Source of the DNA: Octopus bimaculoides
Taxonomy: Eukaryota
Assembly: GCF_001194135.2 (NCBI RefSeq)
Contig: NC_068981.1
Span: 79,407,610-79,451,582, forward strand
Direction of reading: 5' to 3'
Length of the DNA: 43,973 nucleotides
In this document: in pieces, positions 10,014 through 21,899 of the stretch
Position numbering within the stretch: position 1 is the first letter of the stretch
Layout of the letters: every line of letters starts with the position of its first letter
Program-made: the position numbers and the translations under genes
Notes under the pieces: generated by a model
What the model was told of the DNA's origin: nothing
What the model saw: only the letters and a program-made list of their open reading frames with translations
The model's database searches: none

Positions 10014-10129
10014 CTATGACAACTTACTCTGTCAAGGTTAATGCGATGATGACACACTACACATGTGCCTTCCAAGTGAGGTATATACCACAGGCTATTC
10101 TTCAGGTCAAGGATGTCTTGATTTGATAA

Positions 10130-10830
10130 AGTTTACACACAGAGGATTCGATCAGAATGTATAGAGAGCCTAGTTTGAGTGGAAAATATAATTGTGAAAA
10201 GATGTTAGGAATATGAGAACAGAAAAAAAAAATATATAAAACATATATAAGAGAGTGGAAGATTTATAAGTAAAGAATTTAAGTGGGATCATTTCAAAGA
10301 TGGTTTTCAATAGGGCTATTTTGGCTAAGTTAGAGAGGGAGAGGAATATGGAGTGGTATTAGAGTAGGATAGTGTGGAGGGAAGGGAGGGGGACTATTTG
10401 TGGTCGATAGGAAGAAAAATGTATGCTTAAAAAGATGGTATAGTAGTAAAATTGAAAGTCTGGAGGAAAGGAGGAAGAATGGTAGTAATGTCTAAAATCT
10501 AAGAATTAAGGAATGTATAATGTTGAGCATGCATGTGTGTACTGTATGGACTAGTAGAGGTGTATATAGGCGTATGTACTTGTTAGTTTTCAAAGGGTGT
10601 GGAGGAAGGCAAATTAAGAGAAATTTTTAGGGTATAAAGGATAAGGAAAGATAAAAATAGATGTAAAATAAGAAATAAAGAGTTATAGGGGATATATTGA
10701 TGATTAAAGATTTAGTGTTGAAGGTAAATAAAGGGGAATACCTATGATGGCAGGAGGTAGTTTAGGGAATGACATGCAGGGTGGGGTTGTTTGTATTTTA
10801 AGAATAGGTTATGTAATCTGTGTCTGCATG
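10130..10830 (-). mobile_element. Heavily decayed purine-skewed segment, possibly Penelope-like RT
   Basis: Strong A/G skew on plus. Minus fragments such as LSNLAKIALLKTIFEMIPLKFFTYK are only weakly reminiscent of Penelope RT. Confidence 0.2.
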
Positions 10831-11099
10831 TAAAAATTATGCTGTCATGTTCATTCAGACAATCAGTGGATTGCATAATAGATAAAACTACTGAAACCAT
10901 TCAGTAGTTCAGTTCTTTAAACACTTAAACATACTTTTAAATGTATCCAGGTCAACATTGACCAATACTACTCTAGCATATCCTCTACTCTTTTAAACAA
11001 AGCCCTAATTTTCATCAAAAAACATTCCAGCCTATCCCACGATGATATATCATCTTAGCAGCCTGCCAAACCATCATACAATTCAATGGTGTATCCACC

Positions 11100-11575
11100 T
11101 CCTATTTCCTTAAGTTAACCATCACCTTCTATACAAGTCTCTGAAAGTGCAGCTATATCAATGTCATAGCGGTTCAGCTCGCGAGCAACAAGTGCAGTGC
11201 ATCTTTGAGGCCTACAATCAGTCTTGTTATCCAACAGAGTGCGCATATTCCAACATGAATTGTTCAAGTTCCATCCAGACTTTGTGAAAAAGTCTCTTTG
11301 TTTTTCAAGCGCAGGGTGGATATCCGTCAGTCGCGCTAAACTGACCAAATATAGAAAGTCAGGTAATTTTGGGTTCACCATTTCTAGAACCTCCCTGGCC
11401 TCTGGGTGAGCAGTGCCCTCTCCAAATGGAGCCTCTCAGACACCCATGCAGCAACCGAATCCTATCACTGGTCTTGGGCGACAAGGAGACAAGTTTATCT
11501 CTAGCATGGGCTGCCCACGTGCTTCCAACCCTTCAGGTCTGCATGCTTTGCCACCTTCCCACCGCGACAGGACTT
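11100..11575 (-). mobile_element. RTE (BovB-like) LINE 5' end: UTR plus start of the AP endonuclease
   Basis: CWNMRTLLDNKTDCRPQRCTALVARELNRYDIDIAALSET matches the WNVRTL...RPERRTALVARELARYNIDIAALSETR start of RTE ORFs. Confidence 0.85.
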
Positions 11576-11699
11576 ACAAATAAAAATAAAATAAATATAT
11601 ACTAAAAATAAAGATACATATATACTGAAAATAAAATATATATATATATAGGGAAAAAAAAGCAGCACATATTGAACAGAGGTCAGCAATGCTTGTGCA

Positions 11700-12530
11700 G
11701 AGTTTTAGGTCCAATAAGGCTTGCATGACACCTCATAGACCCCCTCCACTCTGTTGACTTTATCGAGAGAGAAGCCAGAGCGAGATGTCTGGTGCTAATG
11801 AGTCGCAGGCTCAGGGATGTTCTCTAGCACAAACCAAAGATCCCCAAAATGTCCAATGCCATTCCCTGCATATTTGGTTTTATATCAGAGTGACCTTCTA
11901 GAGACATGCTCCAACAGAAGCTGAGGTGTACCTCACTCCCAGTAGTCTTCTAGCACACCGGACACCATCCTGGAATTTCTTATTTCTTTATTGCCCACAA
12001 GGGGCTAAACCTAGAGGGGACAAACAAGGACAGACAAAGAGATTAAGTCAATTACATCGACTCCAGTGCGTAACTGGTACCTAATTTATCAACTCTGAAA
12101 GGATGAAAGGCAAAGTCAACCTTGGCAGAATTTGAACTCAGAACGTAATGGCAGATGAAATGCCACTAAGCATTTCACCCGGCGTGCTAACATTTCTGCC
12201 AGCTCACCATCTTGAATTCACCATCCTGGAATTTCTGCATACCCATGATATTGCTAGGAACTTAAACCGTTTGGTCCTTTGTTTGATTTATGAGTTGGAT
12301 CCTGCATGCCATGATCTCTTCTCTGAAGATCCAGTTAGGTTGATGGATCATGTTGGTTAACCACATACTACATGGTCACAGCAGATGAAGTATTTTGCAG
12401 ATATGGGGATGACTGGGACACTGTTTGGAGGGTTGCTCAGGATGGCCCAAGCAATAATTGACAAATGGTAGATGCAATGACATGCTTCTGCAGCATATGT
12501 CCCCCCCGTCTACCTAACCTGATGTGCGAT
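11700..12530 (+). mobile_element. Decayed RTE-type LINE C-terminal fragment interrupted by a SINE
   Basis: LDPACHDLFSEDPVRLMDHVG*PHTTWSQQMKYFADMGMTG resembles RTE C-termini (DPAHRILF..DP.GW...GRP..SW). It is split by the SINE at 11981-12218. Confidence 0.5.
11981..12218 (-). mobile_element. Full-length SINE family B with 18-bp target-site duplication
   Basis: CACCATCCTGGAATTTCT occurs at 11963-11980 and again at 12219-12236. Confidence 0.9.
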
Positions 12531-12935
12531 ATTTTACAAATTTCAAATTGCAAATCTTTAATAGAAACTTACTGACATTGTCATTAGCTCAAAATCTATT
12601 CCATGGAGCTGTGAGTTGCATATGTAAAACAACAGCCTTCACAATTCTTTAACACTCACCAATGTTAATTGTGATACATCTGACAGATGTTTTGGTTTTA
12701 CTTCCTGCTTATTTTTATATTTATTTTTAATTGCAAATCTTTTTTATTGTCAACTTATGTAACTTCAGGGTCAAGAAATACCAACAAAATTATTATATTA
12801 TCTGTCAAGTGCCATAAATGCTGCATTAAACTTGACATGTTTTTAATTGCCTCTTCAATGCTGTGCTAAGTTTATAGCAAAGACAATTTGAGTTAACTCA
12901 ATTCACCTTACTCTGAATAGCAGATGTGTATGGGT

Positions 12936-12967
<32 letters not shown>

Positions 12968-12969
<2 letters not shown>

Positions 12970-14460
12970 ATCATCATCATCATCATCACCATCATCATCA
13001 CTTAATGTCCACTTTTCCATGTTTGCATGATTCAAACTGAATTTGTTGAGGAAGATTTTCTGTGGACAGCTGGCATGGGTTGGACAGTTTGACCAAGGCT
13101 GGTAAGCTGAGGGGCTGCACGAGACTCTAGTCTGATTTGGCATGGTTTTCTACAGCTGGATGTCCTTCCTAATGCCAACCACTCTGAGAGTGTAATGGGT
13201 GTTTTTATATACCACTGGCATAAGTGCCATTTGTGTGACACCAGTATCTGCCACAACTGCAATTTTGTTCGGCTTGATGGGTCTTCTTCTCAAGCACGAC
13301 ATAATGCCAAATGTTTCGATCATTGCCTCTATGAGGCCCATCACTTGAAACGAACTCAACCACTTTGCGTCTCTGAGGCGAGGCCCAGTGCTTGAAAGGA
13401 ACTCAGTGACTTTGCCTCCATGAGGCCCAATGCTCAAAAGAAACTCGGCCACTTTGCCTCTGTGAGGCCCAATGCTCAAAAGAAACTCGGCCACTTTGCC
13501 TCTGTGAGGCCCAACGCTTGAAATGTGCTCTTTACGTGCCACCAACACAGATGCCAGTTACGTGATACAAACATCAGTCATGATTTAACTTGGCTTGACG
13601 TGTCTTCTCAAGCACAGCATATCACCAAAAGTCTGTCATTAGTTATTGCCTGTGTGAGGCTCAAAGTTTGAAGATCATGCTTCACCACTTTGTTGCATGT
13701 CTTCTTGGGTCTACCTCTACCACAGGTTCCCTCCACAAATATTGGAACTTCTTTACACAGCTGTCCTCATCCATACATCACATGACCATACCAGTGCAGT
13801 CATCTCTCTTGCACACCACATCTGATGTCTCTTATGCCCAACTTTTCACTCAAGATGCTTACACTCTGTTGAACATGCACATTGACATTGCACATCTAGC
13901 AAAGCATATTGGCTTCATTTCTTTCAAGCCTATGCATGTCCTCAGCTGTCACAGCCCATGTAGCATAGCTGTTTGCACACAGGCATCATACAATCTGCCT
14001 TTTTACTCTGAAAAAGAGGCCCTTTGTTGCCAGCAGGGATAGGGGCTCTCTGAACTTTGCCCAGCCTAATCTTATTCTCACAGCCACACTCTCAAAACAT
14101 CCACCTCTACTACTAACTTGGTTACCTAGATAACGGAAACTATCTACTACATCTAGCTTGCCCCCTCGACAGTTGAGGGAGTCTATTTTCTTCACATTTT
14201 CAGCATTTATTGTACCTGTGCATCTTCCAAATTCAAAAGCTAGTTTCCCTGTTAACCTTCCCCTGATATTGCTGTACCTTTTATGTGTCCAAAGCTTACA
14301 TCAAGTGTGTCTTATGGAGTTTCTACCTATGCCTTTTCTACAGATCACAAATTCCTTCTACCTGAAGGAATTTGTGATTTGTCTGCCTTTCTACTTACTA
14401 GGACTTTATATGGACTTCGTTCAGTTTCCACATCTACCAAATTTGCTCATAAGGTTATGG
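12968..14460 (-). mobile_element. 5'-truncated RTE LINE: end of RT with Cys/His finger, C-terminus, 3' UTR with 42-bp tandem array, and (GAT)n tail
   Basis: KLDVVDSFRYLGNQVSSRGGCFESVAVRIRLGWAKFRE...LHWYGHVM..DEDSCVKK...GRGRPKKT is followed by a UTR containing GGTTGGCATTAGGAAGGACATCCAGCTGTAGAAA and ending in (GAT)n at ~12968-13000. Confidence 0.9.
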
Positions 14461-14584
14461 TGAGTTATAGTAAACAATATTTGACCCATAGTTGGAAAGC
14501 AAGCTTCTTAACCATACAGTCATGCATGTATGTATGTCTCCCTCACTCATCCATCACCTCCACCCCTGTTCTCTATATATTTAT

Positions 14585-14810
14585 TTTTTTTATTGCTCAT
14601 AGGGGGCTAAATATAGAGGAGACAAACAAGAACAGAAAGGGATTAAGTCAATTACATCGATCCCAATGTGTAACCGGTACTTATTTAATCGACCCTGAAA
14701 GGATAAAAAGCAAAGTCGACTTAGGCGGAATTTGAACTCAGAACGTAGCGGCAGACAAAATACCACTAAGCATTATGCCTGGCATGCTAATGATTCTGCC
14801 AGCTCACACC
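14585..14810 (-). mobile_element. SINE family B copy
   Basis: Reverse complement of 41556-41795 (head GAGCTGGCAGAATC, B-box-like GAGTTCAAATTCC, core, TTTAGCCCC tail). Confidence 0.9.
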
Positions 14811-15869
14811 CTCCCTGCTCTCGATATATTACATTCACCTATATGCATCTGACCACTTCCCATCTCTCACTCTCCCCTCATACTCTGCAACCTAACCCAT
14901 TCCTGTAATTCTCCTGTCTCCCTGCTCTCTTCTGTTCACTTTCTTAGACATGTCACCTTCAGGTTATGTTCTGGCACTTCACCACATTTACCTCTTTGTG
15001 ACACTCCAGCCACCCATGTTAAATAGCCCTGAATCTCCTCCACAACAAACCTGCCTCTACTTCTCCCATCATAAAATAACCTCTCAACACCTTGCATAAA
15101 TCATCCACTCTATCTCCTATTCTCCCTCTCAGGTAAGGGGATTCTTTAGTGTTGTTAGTTACAAGGCAACCACACTAGTGAAGTTGCCAAGAAAACTGCA
15201 CTATATACAATCTGTGAAGTGGGGGTGCTCTTTTTCACCTGCAAATTGGCAGGGACACTAGCAGTGCTGATGCCACAAAAGATGTACACTGTACAGTGGC
15301 TGGTATGTTCAGAAGAGCATCCAATTGTACAAATCATGCCAAAAATGAGACATTGGAGGAAGACAAGGTCTTTCAACCCATTGAATCTTGTCAGACTGTC
15401 CTACTCATGCCAGCGTGGAAAGCAGACATCATCAACCCACTATGTCACAAAAATTCTCCTCTTTCTCCCTACCTTGCATTTAAGAATCTTTACATTTTCT
15501 TTTCTGCATTTTCTCTGCTCTATGTAAATATATATATATATATATATGTATGTATATATGTGTTTATCGTTATGACTGTATGCAGTTATATGTATCTATG
15601 TAAATCCATGTGTATCACTCACACTCTCTCTCCCTATATATATATATATATATATATATCAGTATGTGAGTGCGCATGAAGCCTAATTGTGTCTATCTGC
15701 ATCATTATCTCCATATCAGCTCATCTGAATTTCTCTTGTATCCACTTGTGATGCCGTGGACCTAGTCCTGGATGAAGAATTCAAAGTTTAAGTTCAATTC
15801 ACTTGAACACTACTGTTTTTGCTATACTGAGCATATCTAGCTCTCACCTATTGTCTACATACATACATA

Positions 15870-16217
15870 CAGTGGGTAGTAAAAGTATTTAAACACATTG
15901 GTTTTTTATAAATTTCACAATAAAAAATCGTTCAATTTGAATGATACTTATTTCAAATATTTTAATGAACATTGTCTAACTAAACATAAAGGAAAATTGA
16001 GAAACATTGTTTTTATGTACTTTCATTGCCAATTTTCGAATTTGACTATGTGCAAAAGTATTTAACACGATTTGTTAATATTTAGTAGCATATCCTCTGT
16101 TCTGCCTTACAGCCTCTAGTCGTTCATTAAAATATTTGAAGCATCATTCAAATTGAATGATTTTTTATTGTGAAATTTATAAAAAACCGATGTGTTAAAT
16201 ACTTTTGCTACCCACTG
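15870..16217. mobile_element. Tc1-type non-autonomous element (MITE) with ~75-bp TIRs and TA target duplication
   Basis: TA-CAGTGGGTAG...CTACCCACTG-TA. Arms 15870-15945 and 16143-16217 are near-perfect reverse complements, and an internal copy of CAAAAGTATTTAACAC lies at 16053-16068. Confidence 0.9.
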
Positions 16218-16802
16218 TATATATACATATGTGTGTGTCTGTCTGTCTGTACTCATAAGTATGTATCCTGGAAACATGCCTTTATATCAAAGAATAAGAA
16301 CACAGTATAATCATTTTACTAGTTTGCAGAACTTAATTTTAAATTCTCAAGAGATCTGGGCTGTGAAAGAAGCACTAACATTACAGCTGTTTCAGCCAAT
16401 TCTGTTACTGTTGCATAAGCATAGAAGTGATACAAATGAATATGGAAACAAAGTAGAAACCATCCACACCAAATAATGATAATTTGTGATTTTGCAGCTT
16501 GAAGTAACAACATGTTTGACTAGATTATATACTGAGAAAAATATCGAAATGCTAAAGCAAGAAATTGTTTAACATTTCTAAACCTTTGAACATAGAACTG
16601 TGTAGACACACCAGGGTACTTGAGTGGCCTTTTTAACATGTTTGAAAACATAACTTGAATCAATTCAACTATGCAGTCCACTCATGAAAATGAAATTAGA
16701 AAAAGACATACTGTATTTTATGGCATAGAAGATTCACTCCAATTACTGCAGTGCATATTCAGAAAAGAAAAAGAAAAAAGATTTTAGCATGTGATAATTT
16801 AA

Positions 16803-16961
16803 CCCTTTAGCATTCAGATTACTCCATTACATGTGATGCTTATTCATTCAAATTGCTTTGAATTAATCATGCATTATCTCATAGATTTCAAGGATGTGAT
16901 TGTTTACTTTTAAAATGACATTGCAGGGTAGTTGTGAGTGGCTGGTTTGAATGCTAAAGGG
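16803..16961. mobile_element. piggyBac-type MITE
   Basis: TTAA on both sides (16799-16802, 16962-16965) and a perfect 14-bp TIR CCCTTTAGCATTCA. Confidence 0.9.
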
Positions 16962-17689
16962 TTAAAGCAACTTTGCATATGAAACCCAGAGTGTTTTTTT
17001 TTTTCTTATGAGACATATATTTTTAAGGTTTCTGGATTGGAAGTTTTTGTTTTAACAAAGCATAACAAAGATTGTACAGAAGTTTATAAGTAGAAAATAA
17101 CAAAAGATTTTTCTATTAGAATGGAAATAAGATGTTTTATTTTCATAATTGTTGACACCAATTAGGTTTTTGAACACCTTATTAAAAATGTCAGTGTTAT
17201 TATTTACATTCCAACAGTGAAAGATGTCAGGTAGCGCCAGAAAACAATTTGTGGTAATATTTTACATACTATTATGAAAATACTCAAGTTAGGTCATTAC
17301 ATAAGGCCAATTGAATAAAAAAAGTGAAGGAGGAATATTTAAAGTAGACAAGATTTCAGTGAAATTTTAAGATACATGTAACATTTTGCGACAGAGAAGA
17401 CAAGGTGTCATTAAAACAAAATAAACGTGCTAAAATGTTTTATTCATTAAAAAACCTGTTAAATTAGTAGAAAAAAAACACTTTCATTTGTGAAAAAGGA
17501 ATAGACTACTAAATTCAATTAGGCCATAATTTTTGGTTTTAGTTTTGGAACTATACACCATTAATTAATTCAACAGAATGGTTTTGACAGTATTTCAGTC
17601 CAACTGACAAAATTAACAGAAACAAGCAAAGTTGAAATGCTATTGAATTCAGAATGACTGCTCAGCAGTTCTTGTCAGATACAAAAAGC

Positions 17690-17900
17690 TGGTTTTGTTG
17701 TTTAGCCCCAGGTAAGTCTTGATTGATCAGACCTATGATCAAAAATAGTCCAGCTGTGACCATCCCATCTTTATAGGCATATTTTACCTAGGTCTAAATT
17801 ATCCAATATATCTTTGCTTTTCTTCAAGCTGGAAGGGAGTGATTTGAGGGAGATTTGTCTTAAATGTCTAGCAGATTAAGCAACCTCACAGAGGCATCTG
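17690..17900 (-). mobile_element. Old SINE-like repeat (third family)
   Basis: TTGTTTAGCCCCAGG...CAGACCTATGATCAA...CCAGCTGTGACCATCCC. It shares GATTTGAGGGAGATTTG-like text with ~3270-3300. Confidence 0.4.
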
Positions 17901-18482
17901 CATCAATTTGATAAGTTGGTATCTTTATATAATGTAATATATTTGTAATTCATCAAATTTGTAGACACTAAAATTTAAAATATATGGGCATTATTTTTTT
18001 CAGATGAAAATTTCATTAGTTGCCAGTTTGTCATTATTAAAAGTTCTTAGTGCTTATTGACAAAATGTTAAATTCATTTATGTTGAATTCTAAATATTTC
18101 TTTCACAGCAACTAGTCTGAGAACTGCAGCTGCTGATATCTAAATATAAAATTCAAATTGTATTTTGGTATTATTCTTCAGAATTATGCTTACGTGTAAA
18201 TAGGAATCGTGTATATCAAGAATACAAAATTAAGTACACAGCAAATATCGTTTTTTTTTTAATAGAAAATATTTTAGAAACGGGAAAAAAAATTAATAAA
18301 AATCAAAAATAGTTTTAAATCTTATTGAATAATTAAAAAAAAGGAAAGTATGCACAAGTTGCTCTAGTACATTAAAGTGTATATTTTATAAATATTTTCA
18401 TTTAAAGTAAAAAAAAAAAAGTAAAATAGAAGTATGAAAAAAATAGCAAAAGAAACCCAACAGTTGATTAAACTACATTTTA

Positions 18483-18649
18483 CTATGAGGGACGTCCTGA
18501 AACAGTGAAACGGGGTGGCAGGGTTCCACATCGTTGTTTACCAAAGATAGTGAGTGCAAAATCTTTTGCAACACTGATTGTTCCTTCTTGTTCCATTTGT
18601 GTTCCCAAGAGAGGATTAACTTCAACTATGTCAAGAGCAGATAATCTTC
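18483..18649 (-). CDS. ARG: Arginase, last coding exon (G/RLSALDIVEVNPLLG...FGKQRCGTLPPRFTVSGRPS*)
   Basis: ttttgttctag|GA AGA TTA. 167 nt including the TAG stop, phase-1 start, and the D[IL]VEVNP motif of arginases. Confidence 0.95.
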
Positions 18650-19146
18650 CTAGAACAAAAAACAAGACTTTAGTTGAATAACTGCAACATGTTTAATGCT
18701 TGGAATATTAAAAGGCTGGCTAGAAATACGTATGTGATGAGGAAAAAAGAAAAAAAAAACCCATATTAGTTGATAACTAATATTTTAATTATTTCAGTAA
18801 GTACTCAAGGCAATTCAGGACATGTTTTGCTCTTATTATGGATCTTATCAGTGAAGCATAACTATCACAATAATTACTGAAGTACTGATTAAAGAATCAC
18901 TAAGTAAATGTATGAGACTGTACATTGACTGGCAAAGAAAAATAAAATTATTTAGAGAATAAATAACTCATGAACACTGTATACATGATAAACTATAGTT
19001 AAATTAGTGTTGGTATAATTTAATTGGTTCACATTGATGCTGATGGTCTTTTACATCTAAATACACTTTCTAGTGCTAATTGTTTGACATAGTTTCAGTT
19101 AAATAGATTAAGGCAATAAAACTCATTTTACAAAATCTTAGACATA

Positions 19147-19516
19147 CAGTGATGCCTCACAGTACGAGTTTAATTCGTTCCATGACCAAATTTGTCTTAT
19201 GCGTTACTTGTTTTTACAAATCAATTTTCCCCATTGAAATTAATATAATTAACATAATTAATCCGTTCCAGCCCATCAAAACCACTCAAAAATAATTTTT
19301 TATGGGTTTTAAAACAGAAAAGGTGTAGCTACAAGTAAAATGACAATTATGAAAAAAAGAATGCAAAAGGTAAATGTAAACTGGTGTTATTAACTGAATT
19401 ACCTTAAAGATGGGATGACTTGTGTGCTTGTACTTCAAAACAAAACTTTGCATGCATCTTGGCTTATACAGCAAATTACTTGTACAATGGGGCACTTGTA
19501 CTGCAAGGTTCTACTG
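19147..19516. mobile_element. Tigger/pogo-like non-autonomous DNA element in the last arginase intron
   Basis: TA-CAGTGATGCCTCACAGTACGAGT at left versus reverse complement CAGTAGAACCTTGCAGTACAAGT at right (16/23 identical). Confidence 0.6.
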
Positions 19517-19569
19517 TTATTTGAATTGCTATTGAACTTTTGATGCAACAATTCCCAGTGCATTGCTTT

Positions 19570-20175
19570 CAGATTTTCTGTTTTCTCACATATCTCCTAA
19601 AACCCCATTGAGCCATTTCCATTTCTCTAACCATCACTTGCTAGTCATTTCTGCCCCATCTCTAACCATCCTGCCTCACACTCTTATGAAACACTCCCTC
19701 TATCCCCATTGTCACTCACCTTGACTAATCCTCTGTACCTCTTATATTCACCCGCACTGCACCATTTTGGTATGTCCCAACAGATCTCCACCATCTCTCT
19801 CTCTCTCTTTCTTCTTAACTATCTTTTCTCTCTTTTCTTTACTAACTGGGGTAGGCAACTGTCTTTTCTATAGCAAGACACCTATCTCTATCCTTCTATT
19901 ATACTTTAACCTCTCAGCTAGTACAAAACCACTTCTCTCAATACTACTCGCCCTCTCAGGGACCTTTGTCTTGCAAGTTACTTAGTGACTCTGCCAATGC
20001 TGGTGCCATGTAAAAAAGCACCCAATACACTCTGTAAAGTAGTTGGTGTTAAGAAGGGCATCCAGCCACAGAAACCATGCCAAAGTGGACAATGGAGCTT
20101 GGTGCAGTTCTCTGGCTTGCCAGCCTGTCAAACTGTCTGTCAACACGGATGATGGATGTTAAATGATGATGATGA
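19570..20175 (+). mobile_element. RTE-type 3' UTR remnant (C-rich body, conserved tail, (GAT)n)
   Basis: GCTGGTGCCATGTAAAAAAGCACCC...GTTGGTGTTAAGAAGGGCATCCAGC...GGATGTTAAATGATGATGATG. Confidence 0.7.
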
Positions 20176-20696
20176 ATGGCTAAGGTTCATTGGAAAAGCA
20201 TGTACCTCATGCAGTTTAACTTCTATTTCCCCATAAATCAGAAGCTTTGTGTCAAAGGAGTATCATTAAGAATATCAGAATAAAGTATTAAACACTGAGT
20301 TAGCAACAGTTAAAATCTATGAAACACAGGGATGATGATAGATGATAGAGGATGGCATTTCTTGAATTGTGAGCAAAGTACATATGTTCAGCTGGTAAAA
20401 TAAACAATGTACAAACTGAGGCAGTCTGGACTAGTCACAGCCAAACATGCTGTGGAAAATAGAGTTTGGGCTTTAGATAAAAATTGTGACTTGTTTTTGC
20501 TTTACACACACAAAAAAAAAATGCTTTTTAATTTGTGAGTTGTATAAGTTTAGAAAATCTTTAAGTGTTATGCATGGGTTGAAATATCTTGTATTGACAA
20601 TTATTTAATCCACTGTAAAAGTAAAAATGTCAAAATGATAATGGGTTTGAGAAATATAGCTTTGTAATAGATACGGTGAATGGAAAAAGTACTTAC

Positions 20697-20756
20697 CAGT
20701 CTGGGCTATAACCTCAGCAATATACAGGCTTTCTCTATAAGTGAGTCCCCCTCTTG
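20697..20756 (-). CDS. ARG: Arginase exon (A/RGGLTYRESLYIAEVIAQT/G)
   Basis: ataatttcag|CAAGAGGG...CAGACTG|gtaagt. 60 nt, phase 1 to 1, with the GGLTYRE motif. Confidence 0.95.
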
Positions 20757-21899
20757 CTGAAATTATTTAATTTAATATTAATTAGTTGTCATGTCATAGG
20801 GGTTAATTTAATGTTAATCGAAAAAAGAACTTTGATAAGAATTTCAATACTGCTTACAAAGCATTTAATTGAAATATCTTAATTACATTAATTTCATATC
20901 TGTGTGCATGTGTGTGACACTAGTCTGATAATCCTTAAAACGAAAATGTCAAATTGTATCATATTGCATTTGTTTATAGTAGCAATGGTTAAATATTTAG
21001 ACAACATATTCAGAAATAAAGATAGGAAGATGGTGGCTAGAAATACTACATGAATTCATTTTTATGCCATAGATCTAATCAAAGCTATCCAACAACAATA
21101 TGAATTATAAGACACACTTTAGTTTTAAATTTTGACTCAAATGAACTACACAGTGAAATAATATTTTTTTAATGCTATAGCTTGTGAATGTATTTCTGCC
21201 AGGAATTACCAAAATAGGTTTGATAAAGAAAATCAAGCAGACACTGACTTTACATGAAAATCTTACAAGATTCAATAAAATATTTTAAAAATCCTTTCAT
21301 AAAACTGAGCTCAGAACATTGAAGCATAAAAATTAATAAGTTTGAGTAAAAGTATATAGCTTAGTGGTTAAGGTGTTTGGCTCATAATCAAAAGATCATG
21401 TGTTTAATTCATGACTGGTAGTGCTTTGTATCCTTGAGCAAGATACTTAATTTTATGTTGCTCCAGTCTAATCAGCAGTGATTGTGGCAACTGGAAGGAT
21501 AGATAGAAAGAACAACATTAAATCTTAACTAACTGCCATTGGATAATGTAGTCCTTGATACAATATACCCGGAAACAGACACTTTTCTTTAACCGAGTGA
21601 AAATATCCTGAACATGGCAGCTGGAAGGGTAGATAGCTGCATAGCGTTCAGTTTGGTGCTTAATTTTATTAAATTCCTAAAGAATGAAATGCAAAGTTAA
21701 CCTCAGTGGAATCTGAACTAAGAATGTAGAGAACCAAAACAAATATCACTACATAACCAACATTCTTAACAACCCTACCAACTAAAGAATGCTTTGACAA
21801 GAGATTTGTCCATTTCCAGTAGGTCAAGCATCCATATAGTCTCCTTCACTGTATATTAGCGTATTGTGACAAAAAAATATGAACTAACATAATCGAAAT

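Noticed and set aside
11400-11575. HDV-like ribozyme in the RTE 5' UTR
   Set aside because: A P1-like pairing (GGCAGCC/GGTTGCT) exists on minus, but I could not place P2, P3/L3 or P1.1, and a plain stem-loop explains the pairing. An RNArobo or Infernal search would be decisive.
13150-13548. 132-aa ORF with a 14-aa repeat (GPHRGKVAEFLLSI)
   Set aside because: It arises from the 42-bp tandem array in an RTE 3' UTR, downstream of the LINE ORF end.
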